The position numbers were made by a program, and so were the translations under genes. Under the pieces are notes generated by a model. That model made no database searches and was not told the DNA's origin. It saw only the letters and a program-made list of their open reading frames with translations. DNA of 64,000 nt from an uncultured virus (IMG/VR IMGVR_UViG_3300028384_001589) (lineage: Duplodnaviria; Heunggongvirae; Uroviricota; Caudoviricetes), in IMG/VR virus record IMGVR_UViG_3300028384_001589, one strand, 5' to 3'. Shown here one piece after another: positions 19,934 to 29,588 of the stretch. Positions within the stretch are counted from its first letter, which is position 1, and each line of letters starts with the position of its first letter.

Positions 19934-20621
19934 TTGCAAAGTTGAGTGGTGGAGTGTAGTGCCAGGTCTAACAAAAGTTGAACCTGTGCAGTCTGCTACT
20001 AAGTTTATACCTACTTGGTTTAAAAATATGCCAAGATTTTTAGAAGAGGACAATTATGCTGATAAAGGTACACTAAAAAACTGTCCCGGGTTTGTAGATT
20101 ACTATAAAAATGCTTATGTAGTTACTATGTGGTGTGACTTTCATCTAAAAGTTGATAAAAATGACTTTGCATGGCATTCAAGTAACCAAGACTTTACAAT
20201 GAGTTTACACTATGGTAACCAATTTAGAGATTATTTGCCAGAAAATGCAAAAAACGATTTTTTATGCGTTGCAAAAACCGATTGTCCATGGCGTGTGCGT
20301 ACAAGTCCGGGTTGGGCAATGATGCAATTACCAATGTTTTATGAATTTAATGAATATTTTGAATGTATGCCTGGTGTAACCCATACCGAATGGAGCCATC
20401 AGATTAATCAACAACTACTAATTAAAAAAGAAGGGGAATTTTTAATAGAAAAAGGTACTCCTTTAGCAATGTATGTTCCAATAAGGCTTACAGACCTTGA
20501 AACTACAGTGCAAGACGAAGACAAAGACAAATATGAAGCAAGTTTTGTAAGCAATATGATTTTTCAAAGCAAATTTCGTGGAGCATACAAAAAATTCAAA
20601 GACAAATGGAGTAAAAAATGA
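19920..20621 (+). CDS. Conserved hypothetical phage protein (possibly dUTPase-like fold)
   Basis: ATG at 19920 preferred over the track start at 19884. Motifs KNCPGF, WCDF, PW..RT.PG and IEKGTPLA. Translationally coupled to hldD and the cupin gene. Confidence 0.65.
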   Translation: MSQNNCKVEWWSVVPGLTKVEPVQSATKFIPTWFKNMPRFLEEDNYADKGTLKNCPGFVDYYKNAYVVTMWCDFHLKVDKNDFAWHSSNQDFTMSLHYGNQFRDYLPENAKNDFLCVAKTDCPWRVRTSPGWAMMQLPMFYEFNEYFECMPGVTHTEWSHQINQQLLIKKEGEFLIEKGTPLAMYVPIRLTDLETTVQDEDKDKYEASFVSNMIFQSKFRGAYKKFKDKWSKK

Positions 20622-21022
20622 GTAGGCTCGAAGGTAAAGTTGAAAAAGGTTGGGGATATGAACTAATCTGGGCAACTAATGACAAGTATTGTGGTAAAAT
20701 TATGGTATTTGCAAAAGCAGGCTCAAAATTCTCCATGCATTTTCACAGAGAGAAGGAAGAAACATGGTTTGTGAACAGTGGACGCTTTGAAGTTAAGTGG
20801 ATCGACACAAAAGATGCTGTATTATACAGCAAAGAACTTAAAGCAGGCGACACTTGGCACAATCCACCACTACAACCACATCAACTTATTGCTCTTGAAG
20901 ACGGTAGTTCGGTAAGTGAAGTAAGTACACCTGATTCAGTTGAAGATAATTATAGAATTATTCCAGGCGACAGTCAAAAAGACATTATTAAGAAAAATAA
21001 TCCGCCACCAATGCCTACTTAA
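20618..21022 (+). CDS. Cupin, sugar-phosphate isomerase-like
   Basis: KGWGYE, SMHFH..K.ETW.V..G, P..PH and EVST cupin motifs. Confidence 0.85.
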   Translation: MSRLEGKVEKGWGYELIWATNDKYCGKIMVFAKAGSKFSMHFHREKEETWFVNSGRFEVKWIDTKDAVLYSKELKAGDTWHNPPLQPHQLIALEDGSSVSEVSTPDSVEDNYRIIPGDSQKDIIKKNNPPPMPT

Positions 21023-21459
21023 CTAATATTACACCAATATTGTTCTGCACCGGGTTGTAGAGACTCACAACCTCGTATTAATAATTCCAGCATTTCGGGA
21101 AGATCCTGTGCTACACCTGATATAATAGCAAACAAAATAGCAAGAAAAAACAGTATAAAAGGACTAAGCAGTATTAACCACCAGTAGGTTCTAAATATAC
21201 CGTGTCCATGTGCTTTGCGATATTCTCGTTTACGTGCAAACCAATGCACTATTGCCCTTGCAATATGTTTTAGTCCGCCAACGAACCAATCACCTATAAA
21301 GTACCTTATGATTCTAACTACGATTAGTACAGGACTTGCAATTACTTCCCATAATAAAAGAAGTGCGTCTACGCATAGATCAACAACATGGTCAATGGTC
21401 CACCATTCTTTGAATCGTTGCCAGCGGCTCTTTTTTTCTATGCTTGTGCTTCTGACCAT
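21019..21459 (-). CDS. Putative membrane protein
   Basis: Two hydrophobic segments with basic, Trp-rich flanks. Start overlaps the end of the 2205-aa gene; stop shares TTAA with the cupin stop. Confidence 0.6.
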   Translation of the reverse strand: MVRSTSIEKKSRWQRFKEWWTIDHVVDLCVDALLLLWEVIASPVLIVVRIIRYFIGDWFVGGLKHIARAIVHWFARKREYRKAHGHGIFRTYWWLILLSPFILFFLAILFAIISGVAQDLPEMLELLIRGCESLQPGAEQYWCNIS

Positions 21460-24400
21460 CGTAGTACAATATTCGAGTTAACTGTTGCACCTGATGTTTT
21501 AAACACGTTAATTGCAAGGACGTCTGGTCCGTTCGGGAATGTACCTCTACCACCAAGTGTAGTATTGGTTAATTCTTTAATGAATGATAGATCCAATGTA
21601 GATCTTTCACCTGGTTGTGCAATGAATGAGAAGATTGTTTCACCTGGTTGTGCATACGGTGGTTGTACAAACTCAAATTCAATGTCTGTTGTACCTGCGA
21701 TAATAGCAGTATTATCTGATGTTTGGTTAAATGTAACATTGTAGTACTGCACACCAGCATATTCTTCTAACTTCACTGTAGAAACCTGTGTTCCCGCTGG
21801 GAATCTTGAATCGCTTACAGTAGTACCTTGTGTAACACCTGCCGCTTCGTAGTCTGCCGCTTGGAAGAAAATGTTGTTGGTAGGTGCATCTTTGAATGTC
21901 TTGGTTAGTGTAATACCAACATTCTGGTTAAACACATCTTGGTTTGGACGTTGTGATGTAAAGATTCTTCGCAAGTTACCTTGTGATCTTGAACTGTCTT
22001 GATATGTTGCAACCGAAGTAATTGTGGTACCAGCAGGATAATAGTTGTTACTGGTACTTTGTACACCAACACCGACTTCAAATAATGCTGTATTTGATTG
22101 ATAGAATGATTCAAGTACCCAGAAGTAATTTCTATTATTGTCTAATGCGTTATCCCATGATCTGTTTGAATTGGTATAACCTCTATCTATTGCGTTTGTT
22201 GTAGCAGTAATAGGTCCTTGTGTTGTAACCAATGAAGTAGTAGGTACAGCACCCGAGTTCCAGTTAGTAGAACCACCTGGTGCAACCTGTGCAAAACTTG
22301 GTTGTCCACCTTGTGCAAGTCCTGATAGTCCCTGCCAACCAACATCACTTGGGTTAAGTGGATAGTTCTGTGGATTTAGAATACCTTCAATAACAATACC
22401 GCCAGTATCTGATGCGCCTGGTTGATCTGTGGTAATTTCAAGACCTTCAAGTAGCAACTGTGCTCTGTTCAGTAGTTCACGTTCACCTAAATCTCCAACA
22501 AGTGCATTTGATACACTTGGTGCAAGTCGTAATAAGAACGATGTTGCTCTTGTAGTACTAACTTGAACACCAGTTGATTTGTATGAGAACAAGTATCCAC
22601 GATCTGAGTCAAAGCCGCCATCTGTAATAAACGCCGAACCCCAGTGTGAAATAACCGGTGATGCTGTGTTACTGATAAGCACAACTCCTGTATTTCTTGT
22701 ATGTGCCGCGGCACCGCCTCCGCTGTATGTTCTTGTTGCACCTGAAGCAAAGTTTGTCATAGTAGATGCTCTGGTACAACCTGTTAAATCCTTACCGTCA
22801 ACACCTGTGAAACGTATCATTTCAGCATCAATTAATACTGTACCGCCTTCTGGTGGCATAAACGAAGCGTCTTGCAATGATATAGTTTGTTGTGAATCGT
22901 CAATATCTTTAGATAATTTGCCAACAGGTCCTTCGTTGGTAATTTCATAACGCACAGGCATATTACCAGTACGCATAAATGCTTCTGTGTTAACGTTTGA
23001 GTTACGCATTCTGTGCATAAACACAAAGTTACCGTCTGCACCACGTAGCATATAGTCAATAAAACCAGCACCGTACCATGAATATTGAATACCTACCATC
23101 TGCATCTTACTGATATCGATGTTGTATCCGCTTGGTCCTGTACCGTCACCTCTATCTCTATTAAAGTCTTTTTGTTCTGTTTTCTTATCTCTTACCAAAC
23201 AGATCTTACTTGAACGCACATCAGTAACACCACGGAAGTCTGGTGTTAGGTACATTGTAGTGTTATCTACAACCTGTGATACAACATGGGTCATACCTTT
23301 AAGTACAATTCTATCACCTGCTTTTAGTTGTTCTCTAAATCTTGTTCCTGTACCTGTACAAGTGTTAGAGTCAACATCAATGTCAACAACACCTGCTAAC
23401 TGTAAAGTAGCAGTTCTTTGTACAGCACTAAATTGTGTACCATCGTATTCAAAGAAAATTCCGTTTTGATCATCAAATGCACCCGAGCGTACAGTTGCAC
23501 CATGGAATGTTTGCAATGATACTTGTGCTTCTGAACTTAATTCAGGCGTTAATGATCCTAATGCTGTTGTTGCAATTACTTCAAATTCGTTTTCGTCATT
23601 GACATCTGATACTGTATAATTTCCATTAAATCCTACAGTGTCGATACCAATAAGTCTTATACCTGCACCAACCTGTAAACCGTGTTCTGTTTCATCTGTT
23701 GTTACAGTAATAGTTGCACCAATGTCTTGTGATGATGCTGTAACATTTAGAATATTATAACTTGGAGCAAAAAGTGCACCAGTGGTATACATAATACCTT
23801 TACCTGACTGATATCTAATGTACTTTTTACTTTGACGAATTGCCTGTGCACCGTGTTGTGGTCCACCTGTACCTAACTGTACACCGCCATCATATGGTCT
23901 ATGAATAAAGAACGAGTCTGGTCTTGGATAAATTGTACCAATTACAGGTTGATCGTTATTAGTACCTGTGTCAATAAACCCTGGTGATCTACACTGGTAT
24001 TCAAGTTGATTAGTTGCTGGAACTGCTGTAGCACTAAATGGTCCTGCCGCAAGTGAGTGATTGTTTACACCATCGTCTGAGTTAATTGTTACAGCAAAAC
24101 TGTCTCCTGGTACAAGTCCATGTGGTGTAGGGAATGTTACTCGAATACTTGCCAACGCACTGTAGGTAATTACTGTTGCTTGGTTAATTGTAGAAGTAGT
24201 TTCTTCAGTCATTGTAACTGTACTGTATAAATCTAATTGTTCACCAGCAACTGCTGTGCCTGAATATGCAATACCAACAAAATTACCTTCTGTTGATTCA
24301 ACTGTACAACGCAGTGTTAAATCATTTGTAGGAGTATCACCGCCAAGTTGATCACCTGGAATAATAATTCTATCGCCTACCTGATATCCACTTCCGTCAT

Positions 24401-27400
24401 CTGTTGCAACAACAATACTATATGTGCCTGCACTTCTTGTTACATTAAACGTTGCATTTGCGCCAGAGTTTGCATCATTTGAACCACTTAATTCTGGATA
24501 ACTTCCACTGCCTGTTGCTCCAGTACCTGTGAATGAAATATTTGCGACTCCTCCGTCACCTGCATTTACACTTGTTACTGTTATTGTAATATCATTTGCA
24601 GGACTTGCTCCGCCTACTGCTGTACCATTGATTAAAAATTCTTGATCAACACCGTAATTTGAACCTGCATCTTGAACAGTAATTGTATAAATGCCTCCTG
24701 CTAAATCAATTTGGAATTGTAATCCTGAACCAATTAAATTCGATCCAACATTTACTGCTGGATATGATTTTGTATTTGCCGCGGTACCTGCTGTGCTTGT
24801 GCCGGTAATAGCACCATTAACATCAACGCCTGTAATTGTTACTGTTAAGTTATTTGTACCATCAACACCGCCTAAGTCTGAACCAAGGAATGTAAATGTT
24901 TCTGCGGCCAAATAACCTGTACCAGCATTTGTAACATTGATAGTGTATGCTGTACCAATTCTTTGAACATTAAAGTCTGCATCAACACCATTTACTGTTG
25001 TTGTAGTATATGTTGGTGAAGGATAACTTACATCTGCGTCAACTGCTGTACCTGATGCTTCAACTGTTGTGATACTTCCTCCAGCACCAATTCCTGTAAC
25101 TCTTAAAACACAGTCATTGGTTGCTGTTTGTCCACCTAATTCAAATCCATCAATAACAATTTGATCACCTACAGCGTAACCTGCGGATGTATCTGGTGAT
25201 GTTACGTCTGCTGAGTATGCATTATTTGTGTAGGTAATATCAAAAACAGGATTAGTACCTGTACCACCTTGGTATTCTCCAGTAACATCAAAGAACGAAC
25301 CATTACCGTCAAATCCTGTACCTACAAAAGTAAATGTTAAAATTTCTCCACCTGTATCTACAGTTTCTACAGTGATAGTAATATCGTTAGTAGTATCAGA
25401 ACCACCAACTTGACCGCCACTGATAATAATTCTATCACCAATCTCGTAATCTTGACCAGCGTTGTTAAGAACTACAGCATATACTCCAGTGGTTCTTGTA
25501 ACATCAAATGTAGCATTACTACCAATTGATTGATCATTTGTACCTGTTAGTCCTTGATAAAGAACTGTATTACCAACAAGTGTTCTTGTAGTTGCACTAC
25601 TAATTGTTAAATCATTACCAACTACGTTTGTTACAAAAGCCGCAGTTCCATCACCTCTGTCTACTGCCGCTCCTACATCAACTGCCGATGAGTCTTCAAC
25701 TGGTAACGTAAATGATCCTTGTGCTACGTCTGCTGTAAGAACTGGTGTAGTAATAACGCTTCCATCACCAACTGTACCAGTTACCTGAGAACCTAAAGGA
25801 ATACCTCCTCCTACTGCTTGAAGTGGAGCACCTAATGGTGGTTGTGTTCCTGAAATAGCAAGCCTATCTTCAGCAGTTTCTGATCCAAGTGCAAGTGTAA
25901 ACGAACCACTTGAACCTTGGCTTGTTACTGTGTAAGTTGCTGTATCACCTTGAATTGCCGCACCTGTGTAAAATGCCGCTTGTCTTAAAATTGTATAAAA
26001 TGTTTCTAAACTTGTACCTGCTGTTGTACCTACTTTTGCTTTAGCATAATAGGTAAACTGTGTTGTTGTAGGTGCTGTGTTTACAATAAATGTACCTTCT
26101 GCTCTACCATTACCAGCAACAGAAGCATCTAAACCTCTAATAGTAATTGGTTGTCCTGGTTCAACACCATGTGGACCAACTGTTGTAACTGTAATTAAAG
26201 ATTGACCAACGCCTCCCGATCCTGAAGAAGCATCAGTACTTACCGTGTTAACATCTGTGTCCGTACCCGGTACTTCATATGTTGATGGATACCCACGCAT
26301 TGTACCAATCGCCTGCCACTTAGTAGGCTGTAAGCCGTACTCAAAGTCAGCGTCAAGCATTGATAGAGAATTTGCAACTCTTTGTCTTTCAATAGCATCA
26401 GTACCAAAATCATATGGTCTTGTTCTTAAGTCACCTTGATCAACAAAAATTTGAAGTGTGTCAGATTCTGCAAAAATTGTAGGACTGTCTTCTACTGGTA
26501 AAAATGCTAAACCTTTTTCAATAACTTCTGTGATAATAGCAACAAGTTCTGTAACTCTTGTATTGGCTCCTAATTCACAATCGCCGCCTAAAAAGTATTG
26601 TGTTGTTTCTGGTGAACCGCCTTGTTTAGTAGGATATACTGCTTTAGTTATGATGTAATTGTTAATTAAATCTCGCATAAAGTTTTTTGCGGCAATTTCT
26701 TGTTCCCTTGTACCGTCAATTTGCGGTGTAGGACCTTTCCAATATTTAGATGCTGTGCTTCTTACATTTTTATTTCCACCGTATTGCATATCAGCAACAA
26801 TAGCATCAATATTAAATGCTGTATCTCTTTCACATTTGGCCGCGTTATAAGTATAACCGTCCCAGATACTTCCTGTTGATGCATTTGCAACTTGATCTGC
26901 AATCCATGCACGTACTTCGTCTTTGATAAATTCTTTGTTATTTGTAATTAATGCTCTACAGTTTGCAAGATACTCTTCGTTTGTAGTGTCTAAATCAAAC
27001 AATACCTGTGTAATTGTATCAGTAGTTTCTAAAAACTTTTGAAAGTAAAAATATGTAGGTGTAAACTCAATAGAATCATATGTGTATTTTACATCCGCAC
27101 CTTTTGTAGGATCACTAAAGTTAAACAACACTGTGTTGTTTGTTGTATCAGTAATTAAAAGTAAGTTATCTTGTGTAACTTTTGTAGGGAAAATTGCTCT
27201 ACTAATTTCTGCACGATGAAAGTCCGGCATACTCTCAGTGCCAAAGTAAATAACTTCGCCGATAGTGTCTGAAAGTACTTTTGTAACTTGTGCATCACTG
27301 TCTGATTCTTTAATATATTCTGAATTAATAGTTTGTGTAGTTACTACTGGACTTTGATTAGTTGTCCATGCTGTGTTTGTAGTAATGTAATTGTTAATTA

Positions 27401-28055
27401 ACCAAGCACAAAAACGTTTAGCCGCTCTCTCTGGATTTCTATCTCCGTCGATTTGAGGAATAGCACCGTCCCAATAAGTTGATGCAAGATAACGTGCTTG
27501 TTCATTACCGTTGTACCTTAGATCATAAAGCAATCCGCCTGGTTGATCTTGCACAGGGTTTTTAGGATCTCCACCAATAAGGTTATATCCCATATCTCTT
27601 TCACACTTAGCATCGCTATCATTGGTGTAATTGTAAAATACGTTTACAACAGAGTTTGCTGTTGCAGTTTGAAAACTTCTTGGTGTTACATCTGTAGTTG
27701 GTATGTTAATTGTAATGGTTGTTGCAGATGTTGCTATAACACGGAAAATATCTGTATAGTCAATATCAAGTGCAGGTGTAAAAGTTAATCCGCCATCAGC
27801 GAGATAGATATACGAACCGACACTGAAGCCGTGTGTGCCAATAGTAAGAACCATGTTTCCATTTGCAGTATCGTAGGTAACTTCTGACGGTGTATGTTGT
27901 GCACCGATTGCTATTTCAGCATTAATAAACGCTCTTACTTCGTCTTTGATGAATTCTACGTTGTTTTGGATTAACCAATATGCATTAGGTCTACGGTTTT
28001 CACTATAAGGAATACCGTTGTGGAAAATATAATCATTAATTTTTCTTTTTGCCAT
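21438..28055 (-). CDS. Giant virion structural / tail fibre protein (2205 aa)
   Basis: Thr/Gly-rich. Two KCERD helical repeats, five G..Y..GD.I...G..LGG...ND repeats, several TT..PHG beta modules, and C-terminus NGPDVL..WSEAQA. Confidence 0.85.
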   Translation of the reverse strand: MAKRKINDYIFHNGIPYSENRRPNAYWLIQNNVEFIKDEVRAFINAEIAIGAQHTPSEVTYDTANGNMVLTIGTHGFSVGSYIYLADGGLTFTPALDIDYTDIFRVIATSATTITINIPTTDVTPRSFQTATANSVVNVFYNYTNDSDAKCERDMGYNLIGGDPKNPVQDQPGGLLYDLRYNGNEQARYLASTYWDGAIPQIDGDRNPERAAKRFCAWLINNYITTNTAWTTNQSPVVTTQTINSEYIKESDSDAQVTKVLSDTIGEVIYFGTESMPDFHRAEISRAIFPTKVTQDNLLLITDTTNNTVLFNFSDPTKGADVKYTYDSIEFTPTYFYFQKFLETTDTITQVLFDLDTTNEEYLANCRALITNNKEFIKDEVRAWIADQVANASTGSIWDGYTYNAAKCERDTAFNIDAIVADMQYGGNKNVRSTASKYWKGPTPQIDGTREQEIAAKNFMRDLINNYIITKAVYPTKQGGSPETTQYFLGGDCELGANTRVTELVAIITEVIEKGLAFLPVEDSPTIFAESDTLQIFVDQGDLRTRPYDFGTDAIERQRVANSLSMLDADFEYGLQPTKWQAIGTMRGYPSTYEVPGTDTDVNTVSTDASSGSGGVGQSLITVTTVGPHGVEPGQPITIRGLDASVAGNGRAEGTFIVNTAPTTTQFTYYAKAKVGTTAGTSLETFYTILRQAAFYTGAAIQGDTATYTVTSQGSSGSFTLALGSETAEDRLAISGTQPPLGAPLQAVGGGIPLGSQVTGTVGDGSVITTPVLTADVAQGSFTLPVEDSSAVDVGAAVDRGDGTAAFVTNVVGNDLTISSATTRTLVGNTVLYQGLTGTNDQSIGSNATFDVTRTTGVYAVVLNNAGQDYEIGDRIIISGGQVGGSDTTNDITITVETVDTGGEILTFTFVGTGFDGNGSFFDVTGEYQGGTGTNPVFDITYTNNAYSADVTSPDTSAGYAVGDQIVIDGFELGGQTATNDCVLRVTGIGAGGSITTVEASGTAVDADVSYPSPTYTTTTVNGVDADFNVQRIGTAYTINVTNAGTGYLAAETFTFLGSDLGGVDGTNNLTVTITGVDVNGAITGTSTAGTAANTKSYPAVNVGSNLIGSGLQFQIDLAGGIYTITVQDAGSNYGVDQEFLINGTAVGGASPANDITITVTSVNAGDGGVANISFTGTGATGSGSYPELSGSNDANSGANATFNVTRSAGTYSIVVATDDGSGYQVGDRIIIPGDQLGGDTPTNDLTLRCTVESTEGNFVGIAYSGTAVAGEQLDLYSTVTMTEETTSTINQATVITYSALASIRVTFPTPHGLVPGDSFAVTINSDDGVNNHSLAAGPFSATAVPATNQLEYQCRSPGFIDTGTNNDQPVIGTIYPRPDSFFIHRPYDGGVQLGTGGPQHGAQAIRQSKKYIRYQSGKGIMYTTGALFAPSYNILNVTASSQDIGATITVTTDETEHGLQVGAGIRLIGIDTVGFNGNYTVSDVNDENEFEVIATTALGSLTPELSSEAQVSLQTFHGATVRSGAFDDQNGIFFEYDGTQFSAVQRTATLQLAGVVDIDVDSNTCTGTGTRFREQLKAGDRIVLKGMTHVVSQVVDNTTMYLTPDFRGVTDVRSSKICLVRDKKTEQKDFNRDRGDGTGPSGYNIDISKMQMVGIQYSWYGAGFIDYMLRGADGNFVFMHRMRNSNVNTEAFMRTGNMPVRYEITNEGPVGKLSKDIDDSQQTISLQDASFMPPEGGTVLIDAEMIRFTGVDGKDLTGCTRASTMTNFASGATRTYSGGGAAAHTRNTGVVLISNTASPVISHWGSAFITDGGFDSDRGYLFSYKSTGVQVSTTRATSFLLRLAPSVSNALVGDLGERELLNRAQLLLEGLEITTDQPGASDTGGIVIEGILNPQNYPLNPSDVGWQGLSGLAQGGQPSFAQVAPGGSTNWNSGAVPTTSLVTTQGPITATTNAIDRGYTNSNRSWDNALDNNRNYFWVLESFYQSNTALFEVGVGVQSTSNNYYPAGTTITSVATYQDSSRSQGNLRRIFTSQRPNQDVFNQNVGITLTKTFKDAPTNNIFFQAADYEAAGVTQGTTVSDSRFPAGTQVSTVKLEEYAGVQYYNVTFNQTSDNTAIIAGTTDIEFEFVQPPYAQPGETIFSFIAQPGERSTLDLSFIKELTNTTLGGRGTFPNGPDVLAINVFKTSGATVNSNIVLRWSEAQA
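24240..25560 (-). repeat. Five degenerate ~85-90 aa tandem repeats in the giant fibre
   Basis: GQDYEIGDRIIISGGQVGG..TND, AGYAVGDQIVIDGFELGG..TND, GTGYLAAETFTFLGSDLGG..TNN, GSNYGVDQEFLINGTAVGG..AND and GSGYQVGDRIIIPGDQLGG..TND. Boundaries approximate. Confidence 0.8.
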
Positions 28056-28061
28056 CTGCCT

Positions 28062-29099
28062 TTAAACTCCTAATGCAATCGCTAACGCTGTTGCTGTATT
28101 ATCCACGTACTGTTTGTTTGTTAAATGTTGACTTGTCACTGGTGCGTTCTGTCCTGTTGCTTGTTTAAATGTAGCATCTTCTGGTGTTACATTTCCTATT
28201 ACTGTATTATTTAACCCATTTTCGGCATTTAATGCTAAGAAAGATCCGTCTCTTGGTGTAGTTTGTCCTACACTCATATTGTTAATTGTACCTTCTTGCC
28301 CACTATTAACAGTTAAAATACCTGTTCCGCTTGGACTAATAGTTACATTTTCGTCTACAGGACTTAAATTAACTGATTGTGATGCATTCAATGTCAATGC
28401 ATTAACGTACATATTACTTAATGTACCTTCACCTGCAGGATTAATAGTTACTGTTCCGTATGCACCTTGCGGACTAATTGCAATTTCAGCATCTTGTCCT
28501 GTAAATGTTACATCGCCAATTACGTTTAAACTGCTAAAACTACCAATACCAGTAATTGTTGGATCTGCTGTTGTAATTGTTCCGTAAATAGTTCCGTCGC
28601 CTGTTGCGTAATATAACGTAGAAGGTGCAAGTGCTGGTACGTCGAAGAAAAATACACCTGTGGTTTTACCTTGTGCAGATAAACCTGTTAAAGTTGTTTC
28701 TGAAGCATCTGTTTCTTTATATGAAATGCCTTCGTTATATAATAGCACCGGTACATCGTTGATAGTAAGTTGTGAAGTTCCTTCTGGATCTTCATAAAAG
28801 ATATTCCAAGTTAAGAATGTAAAATTATTTAGATTAAAACTGTAAGTAGTACCACGTGTAAGGGCAATACTTGGATTTTCTCTAAGGATCTGTGTGTTTT
28901 CACTAAACACACCGTCTTGTGTAAATGCTGATCCTTCCCCAGTACCAACTTGGTTCATGTAAAATCTATCAGCAACAATATCTTCTTCTTCGACAAGATA
29001 TGTAATACTTTTTAGTGTAACATTACCTTCAGTATCCACAGTGAAGCCAGGACTTTTGAAGCCATATTCTGATTCAAACGGATTATAAGTTACAGCCAT
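28062..29099 (-). CDS. Virion structural / fibre-associated protein
   Basis: Degenerate cupredoxin-like module (L.RGTTY.F...VP..AP.TLYY), NKQYVD motif and C-terminal ALAIALGV. Late promoter at 29119-29125. Confidence 0.7.
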   Translation of the reverse strand: MAVTYNPFESEYGFKSPGFTVDTEGNVTLKSITYLVEEEDIVADRFYMNQVGTGEGSAFTQDGVFSENTQILRENPSIALTRGTTYSFNLNNFTFLTWNIFYEDPEGTSQLTINDVPVLLYNEGISYKETDASETTLTGLSAQGKTTGVFFFDVPALAPSTLYYATGDGTIYGTITTADPTITGIGSFSSLNVIGDVTFTGQDAEIAISPQGAYGTVTINPAGEGTLSNMYVNALTLNASQSVNLSPVDENVTISPSGTGILTVNSGQEGTINNMSVGQTTPRDGSFLALNAENGLNNTVIGNVTPEDATFKQATGQNAPVTSQHLTNKQYVDNTATALAIALGV

Positions 29100-29131
29100 A
29101 GTTTACTCCAAGCACCCATATTTATCCTACT

Positions 29132-29551
29132 TTATGCAGGCACTAAAACGTTTTGTGTTTGGAAATAGTTTGCACTAAACACACACTTTGCACCACGTCC
29201 TGGTGCAGAGTCGTCTAATGGTTTAGCATTTACAATTACATTTACATAACTGTCATTAACGTTTACAGATAAATCAATGATCTGGTTTCCAAGATTAGAT
29301 CTACCATACACAACAAGTTCTGCTGTGCTTGGTCCTGCAACCACTAAACATTTAACTATTTCTTTTTGGAAAGTTGATAAGTCTGCAACAATAGTATATT
29401 CAGCCGCACAAAAATCGCCAACAAGCCATCTATCAAGCAGTGTATCTTCTGTGATTTTCTTCCACGGTCCGTGATAACTTAGATTAGTACCATTTTTCAT
29501 TAGTACTGTGTTCTTTAATCCTTTGCCGAAAAACTTACCAATATCAAACAT
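29132..29551 (-). CDS. Hypothetical virion-module protein
   Basis: 139-aa beta-rich ORF with late promoter at 29569-29575. Confidence 0.65.
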   Translation of the reverse strand: MFDIGKFFGKGLKNTVLMKNGTNLSYHGPWKKITEDTLLDRWLVGDFCAAEYTIVADLSTFQKEIVKCLVVAGPSTAELVVYGRSNLGNQIIDLSVNVNDSYVNVIVNAKPLDDSAPGRGAKCVFSANYFQTQNVLVPA

Positions 29552-29588
29552 TTTAGTCCTCTTTAGTATATTTATCGCTTAGAAGGAT

